Below are positions 10,013-19,732 of a stretch of DNA of 64,000 nt, piece after piece (within the stretch, counting starts at the first letter, position 1; the number at the start of each line of letters is the position of its first letter). Source of the DNA: Thermodesulfobacteriota bacterium. Lineage in GTDB: Bacteria; Desulfobacterota; Desulfobulbia; Desulfobulbales; SURF-16. Where the stretch lies: the NCBI GenBank assembly GCA_039715015.1, contig JBDLIE010000004.1:1-64000 (forward strand), read 5' to 3'. Position numbers and translations under genes: made by a program. The notes beneath the pieces were generated by a model. It was not told where the DNA came from and searched no databases. It saw nothing but the letters and a program-made list of their open reading frames with translations.

Positions 10013-11431
10013 ATGAAAAATCCCAATATTTTTCTCATCGCGCCGGCCATGGACTCGGAAGAGCGGAACAAGGCATTCGGCATCAAACTGCCCCTGTTGG
10101 GGTATCCGGCCATCAGCCTGCCCATGATTGCAGCCCTGACACCGGATGCATTTAATGTGCGCCTGGTTGATTGTGCCAATGAACCGGTCCCCTATGATCA
10201 GTCCTGTGATCTTGCGCTGGTTGTGGGCCAGACCCATCATATGCCTTCGGCATACGATATCTGCGATCAATTATGTGCCCGGGGAACAAAGGTCATTCTT
10301 GGGGGGATGCATGTGACCGCCCTTCCCGAAGAAGGGCTTGAACATGCGGATGCGGTGATTCTCCATGAAGGGGAGTCTGTCTGGCAGGAAATCCTGGAGG
10401 ATTTTACAAAAGGATCATTGAAACAAACCTATGCGGGCGACCCTGTGGACCTGGCAACCCTTCCTCCCATTCGGAGGGATCTTTTTAATAACAGTTTTTA
10501 TCATCCCGGCGAGATCATTGAAACCACGCGGGGATGTCCGGTGGGGTGTCTGTTTTGCGCGGTCAAAGATTTTTTTGGATCAAAATTCCGGGTTCGGCCA
10601 CCTGAGGCCATTCGCCAGGAGCTCATGGAGCTCTTTGGACCCAGGCCGCCTCAGGCAAAATGGAAAAACTGGCTGGCATCACACTGGCATCCGGATATCC
10701 CCTATTTTGTTGAAAGGCGCCTGTTGTATGTGATGGATTCCAATTTCATATCAGAACCTGCTCACGCCCGTGCCGTGCTTGAGGTATTAAAGGATTGCGA
10801 CCTCAGGTGGTACGGTCATGCCAGCTTCAACCTCATGCGGGACGAATCCATGCTTGATCTCATGGCCGAATCAGGCTGTATTGGCGTCAACATCGGCTTT
10901 GAATCCATCAACCAGACCAATATCGATAAAATGGGGAAGTTTTCCAATAAGACCGAGCGGTATGTGGAATGCATCAAAGCCCTTCATGATCGTGGCATCG
11001 GAGTCATGGGGACCTTTATTGTCGGCTTTGATGATGACACGCCCGAGGTGTTTGATCAACTGGCTGACTTTATCCTTGAAAATCAGCTGGAAACGGCTTT
11101 TACCCTTATCATGACACCGCTTCCCGGAACAGGCATATACAAACAGATGGCTGCGGAAAAGCGGATTTTCAGTAAAAACTGGCGGGACTATGATCACGGC
11201 ACGGTTACCTTCTTTCCCCAGAATATGACAGCCGAGCAACTGCACGATGGTATGCGACACGTATGGAAACGGGTCTATTCCTGGAAAGGCATTTGGCAAA
11301 GGATTCTCAAAAAGCCTCGTGTTAGGCCATTTTTCTATCTCCCCGTTAATATGGGATTTAGAAAATGCACGAGAATTTTGAGTTCAGAGAAGGTGTGGCC
11401 TGCCCCGCGCCTAAAGCAGCCTAATGAATAA
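10013..11431 (+). CDS. B12-binding domain radical SAM protein
   Basis: N-terminal cobalamin-binding-like segment (ILGGMHVTALPEE); TRGCPVGCLFC CxxxCxxC motif. Confidence 0.88.
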   Translation: MKNPNIFLIAPAMDSEERNKAFGIKLPLLGYPAISLPMIAALTPDAFNVRLVDCANEPVPYDQSCDLALVVGQTHHMPSAYDICDQLCARGTKVILGGMHVTALPEEGLEHADAVILHEGESVWQEILEDFTKGSLKQTYAGDPVDLATLPPIRRDLFNNSFYHPGEIIETTRGCPVGCLFCAVKDFFGSKFRVRPPEAIRQELMELFGPRPPQAKWKNWLASHWHPDIPYFVERRLLYVMDSNFISEPAHARAVLEVLKDCDLRWYGHASFNLMRDESMLDLMAESGCIGVNIGFESINQTNIDKMGKFSNKTERYVECIKALHDRGIGVMGTFIVGFDDDTPEVFDQLADFILENQLETAFTLIMTPLPGTGIYKQMAAEKRIFSKNWRDYDHGTVTFFPQNMTAEQLHDGMRHVWKRVYSWKGIWQRILKKPRVRPFFYLPVNMGFRKCTRILSSEKVWPAPRLKQPNE

Positions 11432-11763
11432 CCAGAAGACAGGGGGCCTGGTCGGCAGGTACTTGCAATGGAACACCATCTGCCATTATGAAATCAACTA
11501 TCTTTTCCTATGGATATGTAGCTACATCCATTTGTTGGCAGCCGATTCAATTCGGATTAAAAAAATCTAGGAAAATGAGCTTGTTTTCTGCCTATGCCTG
11601 AACAACGCCATCTGAAAAATTTGTCAGCCATTCAATTTTATTTTTCATAAAAGCCCCTTTTGGATTGTCGGTTCAGATAAAAATCAACCGGGAAGCTTTC
11701 GGAGATATCTGCACACTCCTTCACCTTCCCGGCTGTCCTATAGATCTTGTTCCAACGAACCAA

Positions 11764-12120
11764 CTAGCAACACTCCTCCATATGGTAATGTTTTCCGTCC
11801 GCAGCGACAAATTGAATGCCTGAAGGATGCGGTAGACCAGCAATCTTCCAGGCTTTCATCGGATTGATGAATTTCTCACTCACACATTGTCTTGGCTGAT
11901 GAAGATTTTTGCAGACGTAGTTTAAAATCGGGAATGCATGAAATTTCTTGTAATACTCTCTCATGAACCTGACGATTTCCATTTTGTCCGAAGAAAGTAT
12001 TTCAAGGCCTTCCCGTGTTGCAATTTCTCTGGCGATATCTTCATCCCAATCCTCAATGTTTGCCAGAAATCCTTCTGAATCGACGACAATTTTTTTGTTT
12101 TTTACCAGGAGCTCTTTCAT
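11764..12120 (-). CDS. DsrC/TusE-family protein, atypical C-terminus
   Basis: VDSEGFL..IEDWDEDIAREIA...VRFMREYY...KIAGLP; GGAGG RBS. Confidence 0.85.
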   Translation of the reverse strand: MKELLVKNKKIVVDSEGFLANIEDWDEDIAREIATREGLEILSSDKMEIVRFMREYYKKFHAFPILNYVCKNLHQPRQCVSEKFINPMKAWKIAGLPHPSGIQFVAADGKHYHMEECC

Positions 12121-12443
12121 GTCAGCACCTCCTTGCAGTTCACTTGCCAGCCACTATTGGCCTTGTTGAAACGATGCCGAGGCTCAATTGAAGAAAACCA
12201 TTTTCTTCTAAGATTAATTTAATCATCCCAACCCCTGCCCGCAAAGGATAACTATTGCCAGATTGGGATATTTAAGGGAGTACACCCAGCCTAGCACCCC
12301 TCCTCCTGTAACAGTTAACAGGTTATTTTTTTTGAGAAGGAGAACCTCGTCGGCAAACTCTGGAATATTCTGATTTCTCCTGCTATAGTGCCTTCTTTAT
12401 TTTGTAGACTTGACTTTATGTTGAATTGTAGAGGTGAACCTTG

Positions 12444-14033
12444 ATGATCACTCTTCTTGACTACGGAGCCGGCAATGTGCGCAGCGTCCGTAATGCTATT
12501 AGTAAACTTGGTTTTGAGGTCCGGGATGTCAAGAGTCCCGATGATATCAGCAGTGCAGAAAAGCTGGTTTTCCCTGGGGTCGGGAGCTTTGGCCATGCCA
12601 TGGAACGCTTGCGCTCTCTCGGATATATTGAGCCGCTGCTGGCCCATATTCGGGCTGATAAGCCCTTCCTGGGGATTTGCCTTGGCCTGCAGACCCTTTT
12701 TGATGGAAGTGAAGAATGCCTGGGAGTCTCCGGCTTAGGGGTGATCCCGGGCCAGATTAAGCGTTTTAAAGATGGCGAGCTTGCCGTGCCGCAGATTGGC
12801 TGGAACGGTATTCGTATCCACAAAAAGGATACTCCTCTCTTTAAAGGCTTCCAGGATGAAAAACTCTATTTCGTCCACTCCTTTCATGCCCCCTTGCAGG
12901 ATGGCAACAAGGACTGGGTGCTTACCACCACCGATTATGGCGAGAAGTTTATCTCAGCAGTCCAGAAGGGTAATGTCGCTGCCTTCCAGTTCCATCCAGA
13001 AAAAAGTGGGGAGGCAGGGCTGAACCTTTTTAAGAATTTTCTTGAAACTGATAACCTGGAGGCAGCCGGTGCTGCGGATGTCAATCCGGTGAACAGGACC
13101 AAGATTGCCCGGCGGATTATTGCCTGCCTTGACGTGCGCTCCAATGATGCCGGCGACCTGGTCGTCACCAAGGGAGATCAGTATGAAGTGCGGGAGGAGG
13201 GCGAGGTTCGTAATCTCGGCATGCCGGTGGACCTGGCCAAGCGCTATTATGAAGAGGGGGCGGATGAGATCACCTTTTTGAATATCACAGGTTTTCGTGA
13301 TTTCCCCATGCAGGACCAGCCTATGATCGAGGTCCTGCGGCGCACCTCTGAGAATGTTTTTGTGCCCCTTACCATCGGCGGTGGTATTCGCGAGTTTACC
13401 GATTCTGAAGGGAAGTATTACTCGGCCCTTGATGTCGCTGCTGAGTATTTTCGTTCCGGCGCCGATAAGATCTCCATTGGCTCAGATGCGGTCTACACCG
13501 TGGAGGAGTTCCTTGACTCAGGAGAAAAGACAGGAAAAAGCTCCATTGAGCAGATTTCAAACGTCTATGGCGCCCAGGCCGTGGTGATTTCGGTTGATCC
13601 GCGCAGGGTTTATGTAAATGACCCCGCCGCAACCAGCCATCATGTCATTAAGACGACTGTGCCCGGCCCGCAGGGGGAGAAGTATTGCTGGTACCAGTGC
13701 ACAGTGAAGGGGGGCAGGGAGGGCCGTGATATTGATGCGGTGCAGTTGGCCCAGAGCTGCGAGACCTTGGGGGCTGGCGAGCTGCTGTTGAACTGTATTG
13801 ATAAGGATGGCACCAACTCCGGCTTTGACCTGGAGCTTGTTAATATGGTCAAGGGGGCGGTGTCCATTCCGGTTATTGCCTCCAGCGGTGCCGGTTGTCC
13901 TGAGCATTTTTCCGAGGTTTTTAGTAAAACCAAGGCCGAAGCAGCCCTTGCGGCTGGTATTTTTCATCGCCACGAGGTGGAAATAAGCGAGGTCAAGGAT
14001 CATCTGCGTGAAGAGAATATTGAGCCACGTTGA
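12444..14033 (+). CDS. hisHF: Fused imidazole glycerol phosphate synthase HisH-HisF
   Basis: N-terminal GATase (DYGAGN, PGVG, GICLG, FHPE) fused to cyclase (RIIACLDV, GADEITFL, IDKDGT, IASSGAG). Confidence 0.95.
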   Translation: MITLLDYGAGNVRSVRNAISKLGFEVRDVKSPDDISSAEKLVFPGVGSFGHAMERLRSLGYIEPLLAHIRADKPFLGICLGLQTLFDGSEECLGVSGLGVIPGQIKRFKDGELAVPQIGWNGIRIHKKDTPLFKGFQDEKLYFVHSFHAPLQDGNKDWVLTTTDYGEKFISAVQKGNVAAFQFHPEKSGEAGLNLFKNFLETDNLEAAGAADVNPVNRTKIARRIIACLDVRSNDAGDLVVTKGDQYEVREEGEVRNLGMPVDLAKRYYEEGADEITFLNITGFRDFPMQDQPMIEVLRRTSENVFVPLTIGGGIREFTDSEGKYYSALDVAAEYFRSGADKISIGSDAVYTVEEFLDSGEKTGKSSIEQISNVYGAQAVVISVDPRRVYVNDPAATSHHVIKTTVPGPQGEKYCWYQCTVKGGREGRDIDAVQLAQSCETLGAGELLLNCIDKDGTNSGFDLELVNMVKGAVSIPVIASSGAGCPEHFSEVFSKTKAEAALAAGIFHRHEVEISEVKDHLREENIEPR

Positions 14034-14335
14034 TTTCTGGCCTCTGCCCAAGTGACCTATGAAGCGAGTCTGTTTCTACGTAGTTTCTATTGTTTTCTTG
14101 CTGGCTTGCAGTCCTTCGCACAGTTGGGCTGCCAGCCAGGATGATTTAGCCCGACAATGTCCTCAGGCGGATAAATACCGGCTCCAGCGCAGTTTTTATT
14201 TTTCCAACTTGAAAGAGGTTGTCAGGGCCCCTGTGTCCGCCAAGGAGGTTGAGGCCCGTTTTGCCGAACTTGCCTCCACCGAAAAATGGCGGCGACAGGC
14301 AGCTATATCTTCCTTGGCCCTGGCTGGCAACGTCG
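13684..14335 (+). repeat. Left direct repeat (attL side) of the integrative element
   Basis: 13684-14294 reads identical by eye to 21538-22148 (offset 7854); 14295-14335 has 8 mismatches. Confidence 0.95.
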
Positions 14336-14361
14336 TAATGTTAAGCCGCAAAATGATGTGA
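14059..14361 (+). pseudogene. Truncated duplicate of the 5' end of the 877-aa gene at 21913
   Basis: First ~91 aa identical to 21913..24546, then unrelated sequence and a stop. Confidence 0.9.
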
Positions 14362-14365
14362 GCAT

Positions 14366-15013
14366 ATGAATATCAAGAGACTATATAGTTGGTTAAGAGA
14401 AGTATCCTCTTGGGCATTGGAGGCAAAATTACCATTTTGTTGCTTGGCGGTATTATTGGCAGCTTTTTTATTCTGCTTTACATGGCCAAGTGAAACATCC
14501 ATAAGGTCATCCGGCTATGCGCTGCAGATGATTGGAATGCTGTTCGCAATTCGAGGTCTTCTGAATATACGTGCCCATTTTAACCAACCTACACTTAAAA
14601 AATTATCATTCGCTTGGTTTCGAAGATTTCCAAAATGGGGGAAAACTACTGACCTAACTATAGAGGATCTAACTTGCGGAACCAGTATCTCCGATATAAC
14701 ACTGGCTCAAGTCTGGACGCCAGACAATCCTAAAGATTCGCAAGATAAGAGAATCGATGGAATTCTGAAAAATCTAGATCGGATAAAGCAAAAACAGGCA
14801 AAATACGACATAGAAATCCATGATCTGCATGAAAATTTAAAAAACCACCAAAAAGAACAAAAGAAAGAATATGAGAACATTGAAGTGCAATTCAAAATAG
14901 AACTAGAGGCAGTACACACAAATGATATTGTCACCTCACTAGTTGGCCTAGTGTGGCTAACTTTTGGGATAACGCTAAGTACCATGTCCAAAGAACTATT
15001 ATTAATAGTATAA
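14366..15013 (+). CDS. Hypothetical membrane protein (2 TM, coiled coil, 1 TM); putative gene cassette
   Basis: Hydrophobic N- and C-terminal segments with a K/E/Q-rich middle; followed by an attC-like site. Confidence 0.75.
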   Translation: MNIKRLYSWLREVSSWALEAKLPFCCLAVLLAAFLFCFTWPSETSIRSSGYALQMIGMLFAIRGLLNIRAHFNQPTLKKLSFAWFRRFPKWGKTTDLTIEDLTCGTSISDITLAQVWTPDNPKDSQDKRIDGILKNLDRIKQKQAKYDIEIHDLHENLKNHQKEQKKEYENIEVQFKIELEAVHTNDIVTSLVGLVWLTFGITLSTMSKELLLIV

Positions 15014-15017
15014 TTTG

Positions 15018-15124
15018 ACCTAATAATTCGCTTAAGCACGCTATTTTAATCGGCTTCGTCCAACTTATTACAACCCGAACTTACTCAACCTCGGCTAGGC
15101 GCGCGTCTTAGCTTTGCGTTAGGT
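15018..15124 (+). other. attC-like integron cassette recombination site
   Basis: ACCTAAT (R'', last base deviates from RYYYAAC)-aatt-CGCTTAAGC (L'') ... CTTAGC (L')-tttgc-GTTAGGT (R', GTTRRRY); lies between a stop codon and the next ATG. Confidence 0.7.
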
Positions 15125-15127
15125 TTA

Positions 15128-15880
15128 ATGAATATGATTGCACTACCATCTCGGCAAGCTGTCTTAATAGAGATGGCATTTGAAGGCAATACTTTGGCAA
15201 CCGGAACGGGTTTTTTTATTCGTGGTGCAAGTGGATCGGACTACCTGCTAACAAATCGCCACAACGTCACAGGGCGCGATCAAGTCACCGGCGAATGCAT
15301 CTCCAAGAACGGAGGTATACCGAATGAGATAGTTGTTCACTTCCGGCCCACTGATACGTCTGGAGCCCCAACTATACAGAAAAAATGGCCGCTACTGGAC
15401 GGTGATCGTGGCCTTTGGGTGGAGCATCCGATGCTTGGCGATAAAGCTGATTTCGTTGCGTTGCAAATAAAGGTGCCTGAGGAGGCAGAGTTTCACCCCT
15501 TTGATCCTTCTCAGCCAGGTGACGAGATCCTCATAGAGCCAGCCGAACCAGTAAGCGTAGTGGGCTTTCCTTTTGGGCTTATCGCTGGGAAGTCATTTCC
15601 GGTCTGGGCAACAGGATTCATAGCGACTGATCCGGAAATCGACTTCGACGACTTGCCAGTTGTGCTTATCGATTGCAGAACGCGTCAAGGACAATCAGGG
15701 TCACCTGTAGTTGCTTACCGAGCTGGCGGAGCCTTTGCACAAGCCCGCGGAACATTAGCTGTTGCCGACGAATATGCCTGCAAGTTTTTAGGCATTTATA
15801 GCGGCAGAATCAACAGAGAATCTGATTTGGGTAAGGTTTGGAAGGCTGCTGCAATATGTCAGCTTGCGGAAACGTTGTGA
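15128..15880 (+). CDS. Trypsin-like serine protease without signal peptide; putative gene cassette
   Basis: ATGTGFF, LLTNRHNV (His), DFVAL (Asp), GQSGSPV (Ser). Confidence 0.85.
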   Translation: MNMIALPSRQAVLIEMAFEGNTLATGTGFFIRGASGSDYLLTNRHNVTGRDQVTGECISKNGGIPNEIVVHFRPTDTSGAPTIQKKWPLLDGDRGLWVEHPMLGDKADFVALQIKVPEEAEFHPFDPSQPGDEILIEPAEPVSVVGFPFGLIAGKSFPVWATGFIATDPEIDFDDLPVVLIDCRTRQGQSGSPVVAYRAGGAFAQARGTLAVADEYACKFLGIYSGRINRESDLGKVWKAAAICQLAETL

Positions 15881-15881
15881 A

Positions 15882-15920
15882 ACCTAATAATACCCTCAAG
15901 CACGACGCGCAAATTTGCGT
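15882..15920 (+). other. Truncated attC-like half site
   Basis: ACCTAATAATACCCTCAAGCACG matches 15018-15040 at 20/23; no R' end found. Confidence 0.55.
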
Positions 15921-15981
15921 TTTTTGCTGAACCGGCTTTGGCTGTCTTTAACAATGAAAAAGTCATTCATAATAGAAAATA

Positions 15982-16725
15982 ATGGGGGTAAAGGTCATGA
16001 GCAAACTTGAAATAACAAGGGTTGGACGTTGGATTGGCAGCATTTTAAAATATGATGTTATCGTAAACAATATCTGTGTTGGACGAATTGGAAACGGTGA
16101 ATCATCAATTTTTTCAATAGAGCCTGGGGACAATGAAATTTTTCTAAAGTCTTTTGGGTTCCATTCAAACAAATTACAGGTAGCAATAGCCTCTGGGGAC
16201 GTGGCAAAAATAAAATGTATCACAAAAATTGGAATTTCTGGTGCTGGTACCCCATGGATAGAGCATCAAATGAATGTCAAAAACGATATAAACAGTTTGC
16301 CCGATAAAGGAGATGAAATGCACTGTACAAATTGTGGAAATGAAGTAGGAGAAAAAGCTATCGCATGTCCAAAATGTGGTTTGCCCCCACGTTCAGAAAA
16401 TAAGTTTTGTTACAGTTGTGGCGTTGAGGTTAACGAGAAGCAAATTATGTGTGTTAAGTGTGGAGTAGAACTGCAAAAAAAAGGGGTTGCAAATTCTAAG
16501 TCATGGAAAAGGAAAACTACAGCCGGCTTATTAGCAATACTTCTAGGAGGCCTAGGTATTCATAAGTTCTATCATGGTAGTTGGGGTTGGGGTCTGATTT
16601 ATTGTTTATTTGTCTGGACATTTATCCCTGCGATTGTAGGGGGAATTGAAGGTGTTATTTATTTGCTGATGGATGAAGACATTTATGAGGATAGGTATAA
16701 AAATAAACATCCTTTTAAATGGTAG
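15982..16725 (+). CDS. TM2 (NINE)-domain membrane protein with zinc ribbons
   Basis: Four CxxC pairs (CTNC, CPKC, CYSC, CVKC); AGLLAILLGGLGIHKFYHG; possible internal start at 16318 with AAGGAG. Confidence 0.82.
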   Translation: MGVKVMSKLEITRVGRWIGSILKYDVIVNNICVGRIGNGESSIFSIEPGDNEIFLKSFGFHSNKLQVAIASGDVAKIKCITKIGISGAGTPWIEHQMNVKNDINSLPDKGDEMHCTNCGNEVGEKAIACPKCGLPPRSENKFCYSCGVEVNEKQIMCVKCGVELQKKGVANSKSWKRKTTAGLLAILLGGLGIHKFYHGSWGWGLIYCLFVWTFIPAIVGGIEGVIYLLMDEDIYEDRYKNKHPFKW

Positions 16726-16862
16726 TGTTGACTGGTTAGACGCTACATAAACAAACTGTTTACAATGATACTTAAGACAAAGAAGTAGCCCTAAATTTTC
16801 CATTCAAACACCTAAGGTCTCCATAGACCTACCCCCCCCCACACACATATATAAGTAACTAG

Positions 16863-16945
16863 ACCCTGTCTTCTTCACTGAAAACAGGGTTTTTTTTTAT
16901 GCCCCAAGCAAGCCCCTTGGCCATCCCGGTCAAGGGGCTTTTTTT
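16863..16945 (+). terminator. Two tandem terminator-like hairpins
   Basis: ACCCTGT...ACAGGGT plus T run, and AAGCCCCTTG...CAAGGGGCTT plus T run. Confidence 0.6.
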
Positions 16946-16972
16946 ATGTCCAATCAACCAAGGAGGCACACC

Positions 16973-17218
16973 ATGCAGAACCATGAAATTGTCACGAAGC
17001 TGTCCCGTATCTACCCTCAAGAAATCGTCTATCAGATCACAATGGAGCCCGTTATGTCAGCCATCGTGGATAGACTTGGAGAGGAAGCCCTAACACTGTC
17101 GATTACTGACATGGGACTGGCTAGGGACGAAATCAAAACAGCCATTGATCACAACCTAGATGAGAGGGACTACATCGAAATGGGCCTTGATGCCTGGGAG
17201 ATTGTCCGAGGTCTGTGA
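16973..17218 (+). CDS. Small acidic hypothetical protein of the element
   Basis: ORF with AAGGAGG RBS before ATG 16973. Confidence 0.7.
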   Translation: MQNHEIVTKLSRIYPQEIVYQITMEPVMSAIVDRLGEEALTLSITDMGLARDEIKTAIDHNLDERDYIEMGLDAWEIVRGL

Positions 17219-17263
17219 TCTGAGGAGCGGCTTAAATTCCATCTTATTACGAAGGAGAACACT

Positions 17264-17632
17264 ATGAGCGAAATCGTAAAGACAGGTACATGTCCGTCAT
17301 TGTCAGGTCAAAGTACCCTGACCTACACCATTAGCCGTAAAGGCAAGGGGGTATATTTCAGTCTCGTTGAGAATACCCTAAGAGGCCTCTTTTCCAAGGA
17401 GCCAATATCCCTAAAGGAGATGGTGCCGACTAAAGGTCAGTCCATTACTTCTGGTTCCCTAAATAAACTGTTCGCTAAGAAGTCCATCAACAGTGGAGGG
17501 TTTATGTTGGCTGTCCTGAGACATGAAGGGTTGGTTACGAACGTTGAGGGTAAGAGAGGTAGTTATATCACTACCGATCCCTCAGCTTTTGGTGCAGACA
17601 TAACACCTAACAAGAAGGTGGCTAGATCATGA
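17264..17632 (+). CDS. Hypothetical basic protein of the element
   Basis: 122-aa ORF with AAGGAG RBS; CPSLSG...LTY motif. Confidence 0.7.
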   Translation: MSEIVKTGTCPSLSGQSTLTYTISRKGKGVYFSLVENTLRGLFSKEPISLKEMVPTKGQSITSGSLNKLFAKKSINSGGFMLAVLRHEGLVTNVEGKRGSYITTDPSAFGADITPNKKVARS

Positions 17633-17799
17633 TGACCTTAACAACTGCATTGGTGGTGGCCGCTATTCTTTCTATGATGCATCCATCGACAAGAAGCGCA
17701 GGGATAATTTGTATTGTTGTTCTCTGTATACTTCACCCTCTACCCACGACATTTGTTTTACTGGGGATAGGAGGCGTGTACTACTTCACCAAAAAATGA
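17629..17799 (+). CDS. Small hydrophobic membrane protein (56 aa, not in the ORF track)
   Basis: ATGA overlap with the previous stop; MMTLTTALVVAAILSMM...GIICIVVLCIL...FVLLGIGGVYYFTKK. Confidence 0.55.
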   Translation: MMTLTTALVVAAILSMMHPSTRSAGIICIVVLCILHPLPTTFVLLGIGGVYYFTKK

Positions 17800-18277
17800 G
17801 GTGGAATTTGGTGCAATAGCCTAACGAACACATGGAGAGGTTGAGGGGGGGAGGGGCAGCAGAAACCGGGAAATTCTGAAAATTTTGCAGCGAGGGGGAG
17901 ATCGGACACCCCATTTTTCAGGTTTTCAGCATTTTTGCCCCCACCTCCTACCACCTCCAATTTCTGCGATTTGATGTGTCGATTTCCAGTCCCAATAAAA
18001 AAAAAATTCTGCTCCATCAATGCCTAACAAAAACCAACACCTACTAAGGTTTATGTATCTTAAACCTTATTAAATTCAAATTTTGCCTAACAAGGCATGC
18101 CCAAAAAGCAACGTTATAACAATAGGTTGGCGAAATTAATTCTTGCCATTGATGCCGTCGTCAGTTACGGTTTTAGGCACAAAAGGCATAAACGCTGAGC
18201 AAAGGAGATCAGCACGAGGGTGCCACAAAAACATAAGCCTAATACCTCGCCAACTAAAAATTTTAAGAGGAAACACC

Positions 18278-19696
18278 ATGAATAATTTAATTAGCAGAGA
18301 AAACTTATGCACAGCTCAAAAGGAAATAAATATGCCAAGTTTAGAAAGTATCAAAAAAACAACTTCGCTTTCCCCAAAAACAACCTTATCAAAGGATGCA
18401 TTATCGGAAATAACACAAGATTTGACCCCGTATACAGAAAAACTATCAACAGAAAATGTAATCCAGCCGCTGGAGGAGGTGAATTTCCCCAATCAACCTC
18501 GCCCCGGATCAAGCAAACTACCCTCTACCATAGCCAACCTTAAACACCTGCTGAGTAGATATGGTGTAACAGTCAAATATAATGTCATTAAAAAGAAGGT
18601 GGAGGTAATTGTAAAAGGTCATACTGGTTCCATCGATAATATGGATGAGGTGTTAATGATACACATCATTAGCTTGGCTGCATTGAACGGTATGTCTGTA
18701 GGGCAAATTCCAGCCTATCTGGCGGCAATAGCTAATGCGAATCCTTACAACCCTATTGTGGAGTGGATCTTAAGCAAGCCATGGGATGGCCAAGATCGAC
18801 TTCCTGAAATCGCTGCGACAGTTACTGCTCGTGAAGACTATCCTGAACACCTGAAAGTTCTCTTGATCAGAAAGTGGTTATTAAGTGCTGTTGCAGCTGT
18901 CATGATGCCTAGCGGTTTTAGGGCTCGTGGGGTGTTAACATTCCAAGGGCCACAAGGGGTGGGCAAAACCAGTTGGATTATGTCTCTAGTGCCTGATGAG
19001 CTCTTACGAGATCAGACGGTAAAGGTCGATCATCATTTTGATAGCAGTAAGGACTCAATCATTGGTGCAGTAACTCATTGGCTAGTGGAAATCGGTGAAC
19101 TTGATGGCTCTTTCAGGAAAGACATTGCAAAGCTGAAGGGCTTTCTCACGAGCGGTTTTGATAAACTGCGACGTCCATATGCTCGCACTGAATCGGAATA
19201 CCAGAGGCGAACAGTATTCTTTGCTTCTGTCAATAAACCTGACTTCTTGGTCGATGACACAGGTAACTCACGTTGGTGGACTATACCTGTGACTAAGATC
19301 AACTATAAGCATGATGTAGATATGCAGCAGGTGTTTGCCCAACTGGCTGTGGACGTTAACAATGGCAAGGAATGGTGGTTGAACGAGCACGAAGAGGCTC
19401 TACTGAATTTACATAATAATGACCACCGCAGTACCAGTGCTATTCGAGAACGTCTTATGGAAATAGTTGATCCTGAGCTTGTTGGTATGGATGGCAATCC
19501 TGCAATGTCAGCAAGTGAGGTGTTGAGAAAACTTGGCTATGAAAGGTATATGAATCCTCAATGCAAGGAATGTGGTGGCATACTGCGTGAATTGTATGGT
19601 GCCCCAAAAAAGATTAATGGGACATACAAATGGAGGATACCTCTCAGGCGGTCACCAGATCCTTACACATCGATCGATGATGATAACGTGTACTAA
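18278..19696 (+). CDS. VapE/VirE-family P-loop ATPase (phage/satellite replication helicase-like)
   Basis: WDGQDRL, Walker A GPQGVGKT, Walker B LVEIGELD, RRPYAR...RRTVFFASVN, DDTGNSRWW; start at 18278 or 18332. Confidence 0.87.
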   Translation: MNNLISRENLCTAQKEINMPSLESIKKTTSLSPKTTLSKDALSEITQDLTPYTEKLSTENVIQPLEEVNFPNQPRPGSSKLPSTIANLKHLLSRYGVTVKYNVIKKKVEVIVKGHTGSIDNMDEVLMIHIISLAALNGMSVGQIPAYLAAIANANPYNPIVEWILSKPWDGQDRLPEIAATVTAREDYPEHLKVLLIRKWLLSAVAAVMMPSGFRARGVLTFQGPQGVGKTSWIMSLVPDELLRDQTVKVDHHFDSSKDSIIGAVTHWLVEIGELDGSFRKDIAKLKGFLTSGFDKLRRPYARTESEYQRRTVFFASVNKPDFLVDDTGNSRWWTIPVTKINYKHDVDMQQVFAQLAVDVNNGKEWWLNEHEEALLNLHNNDHRSTSAIRERLMEIVDPELVGMDGNPAMSASEVLRKLGYERYMNPQCKECGGILRELYGAPKKINGTYKWRIPLRRSPDPYTSIDDDNVY

Positions 19697-19701
19697 CACT
19701 C

Positions 19702-19732
19702 TTAGGGGAGCGGCAGACAACTGCTCCCCTAA
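19702..19732. terminator. Hairpin after vapE
   Basis: TTAGGGGAGC...GCTCCCCTAA inverted repeat; no T tail, so terminator role uncertain. Confidence 0.5.

Noticed and set aside
11764..11766. Selenocysteine readthrough in the DsrC-like protein
   Set aside because: The stop codon is TAG, not TGA.
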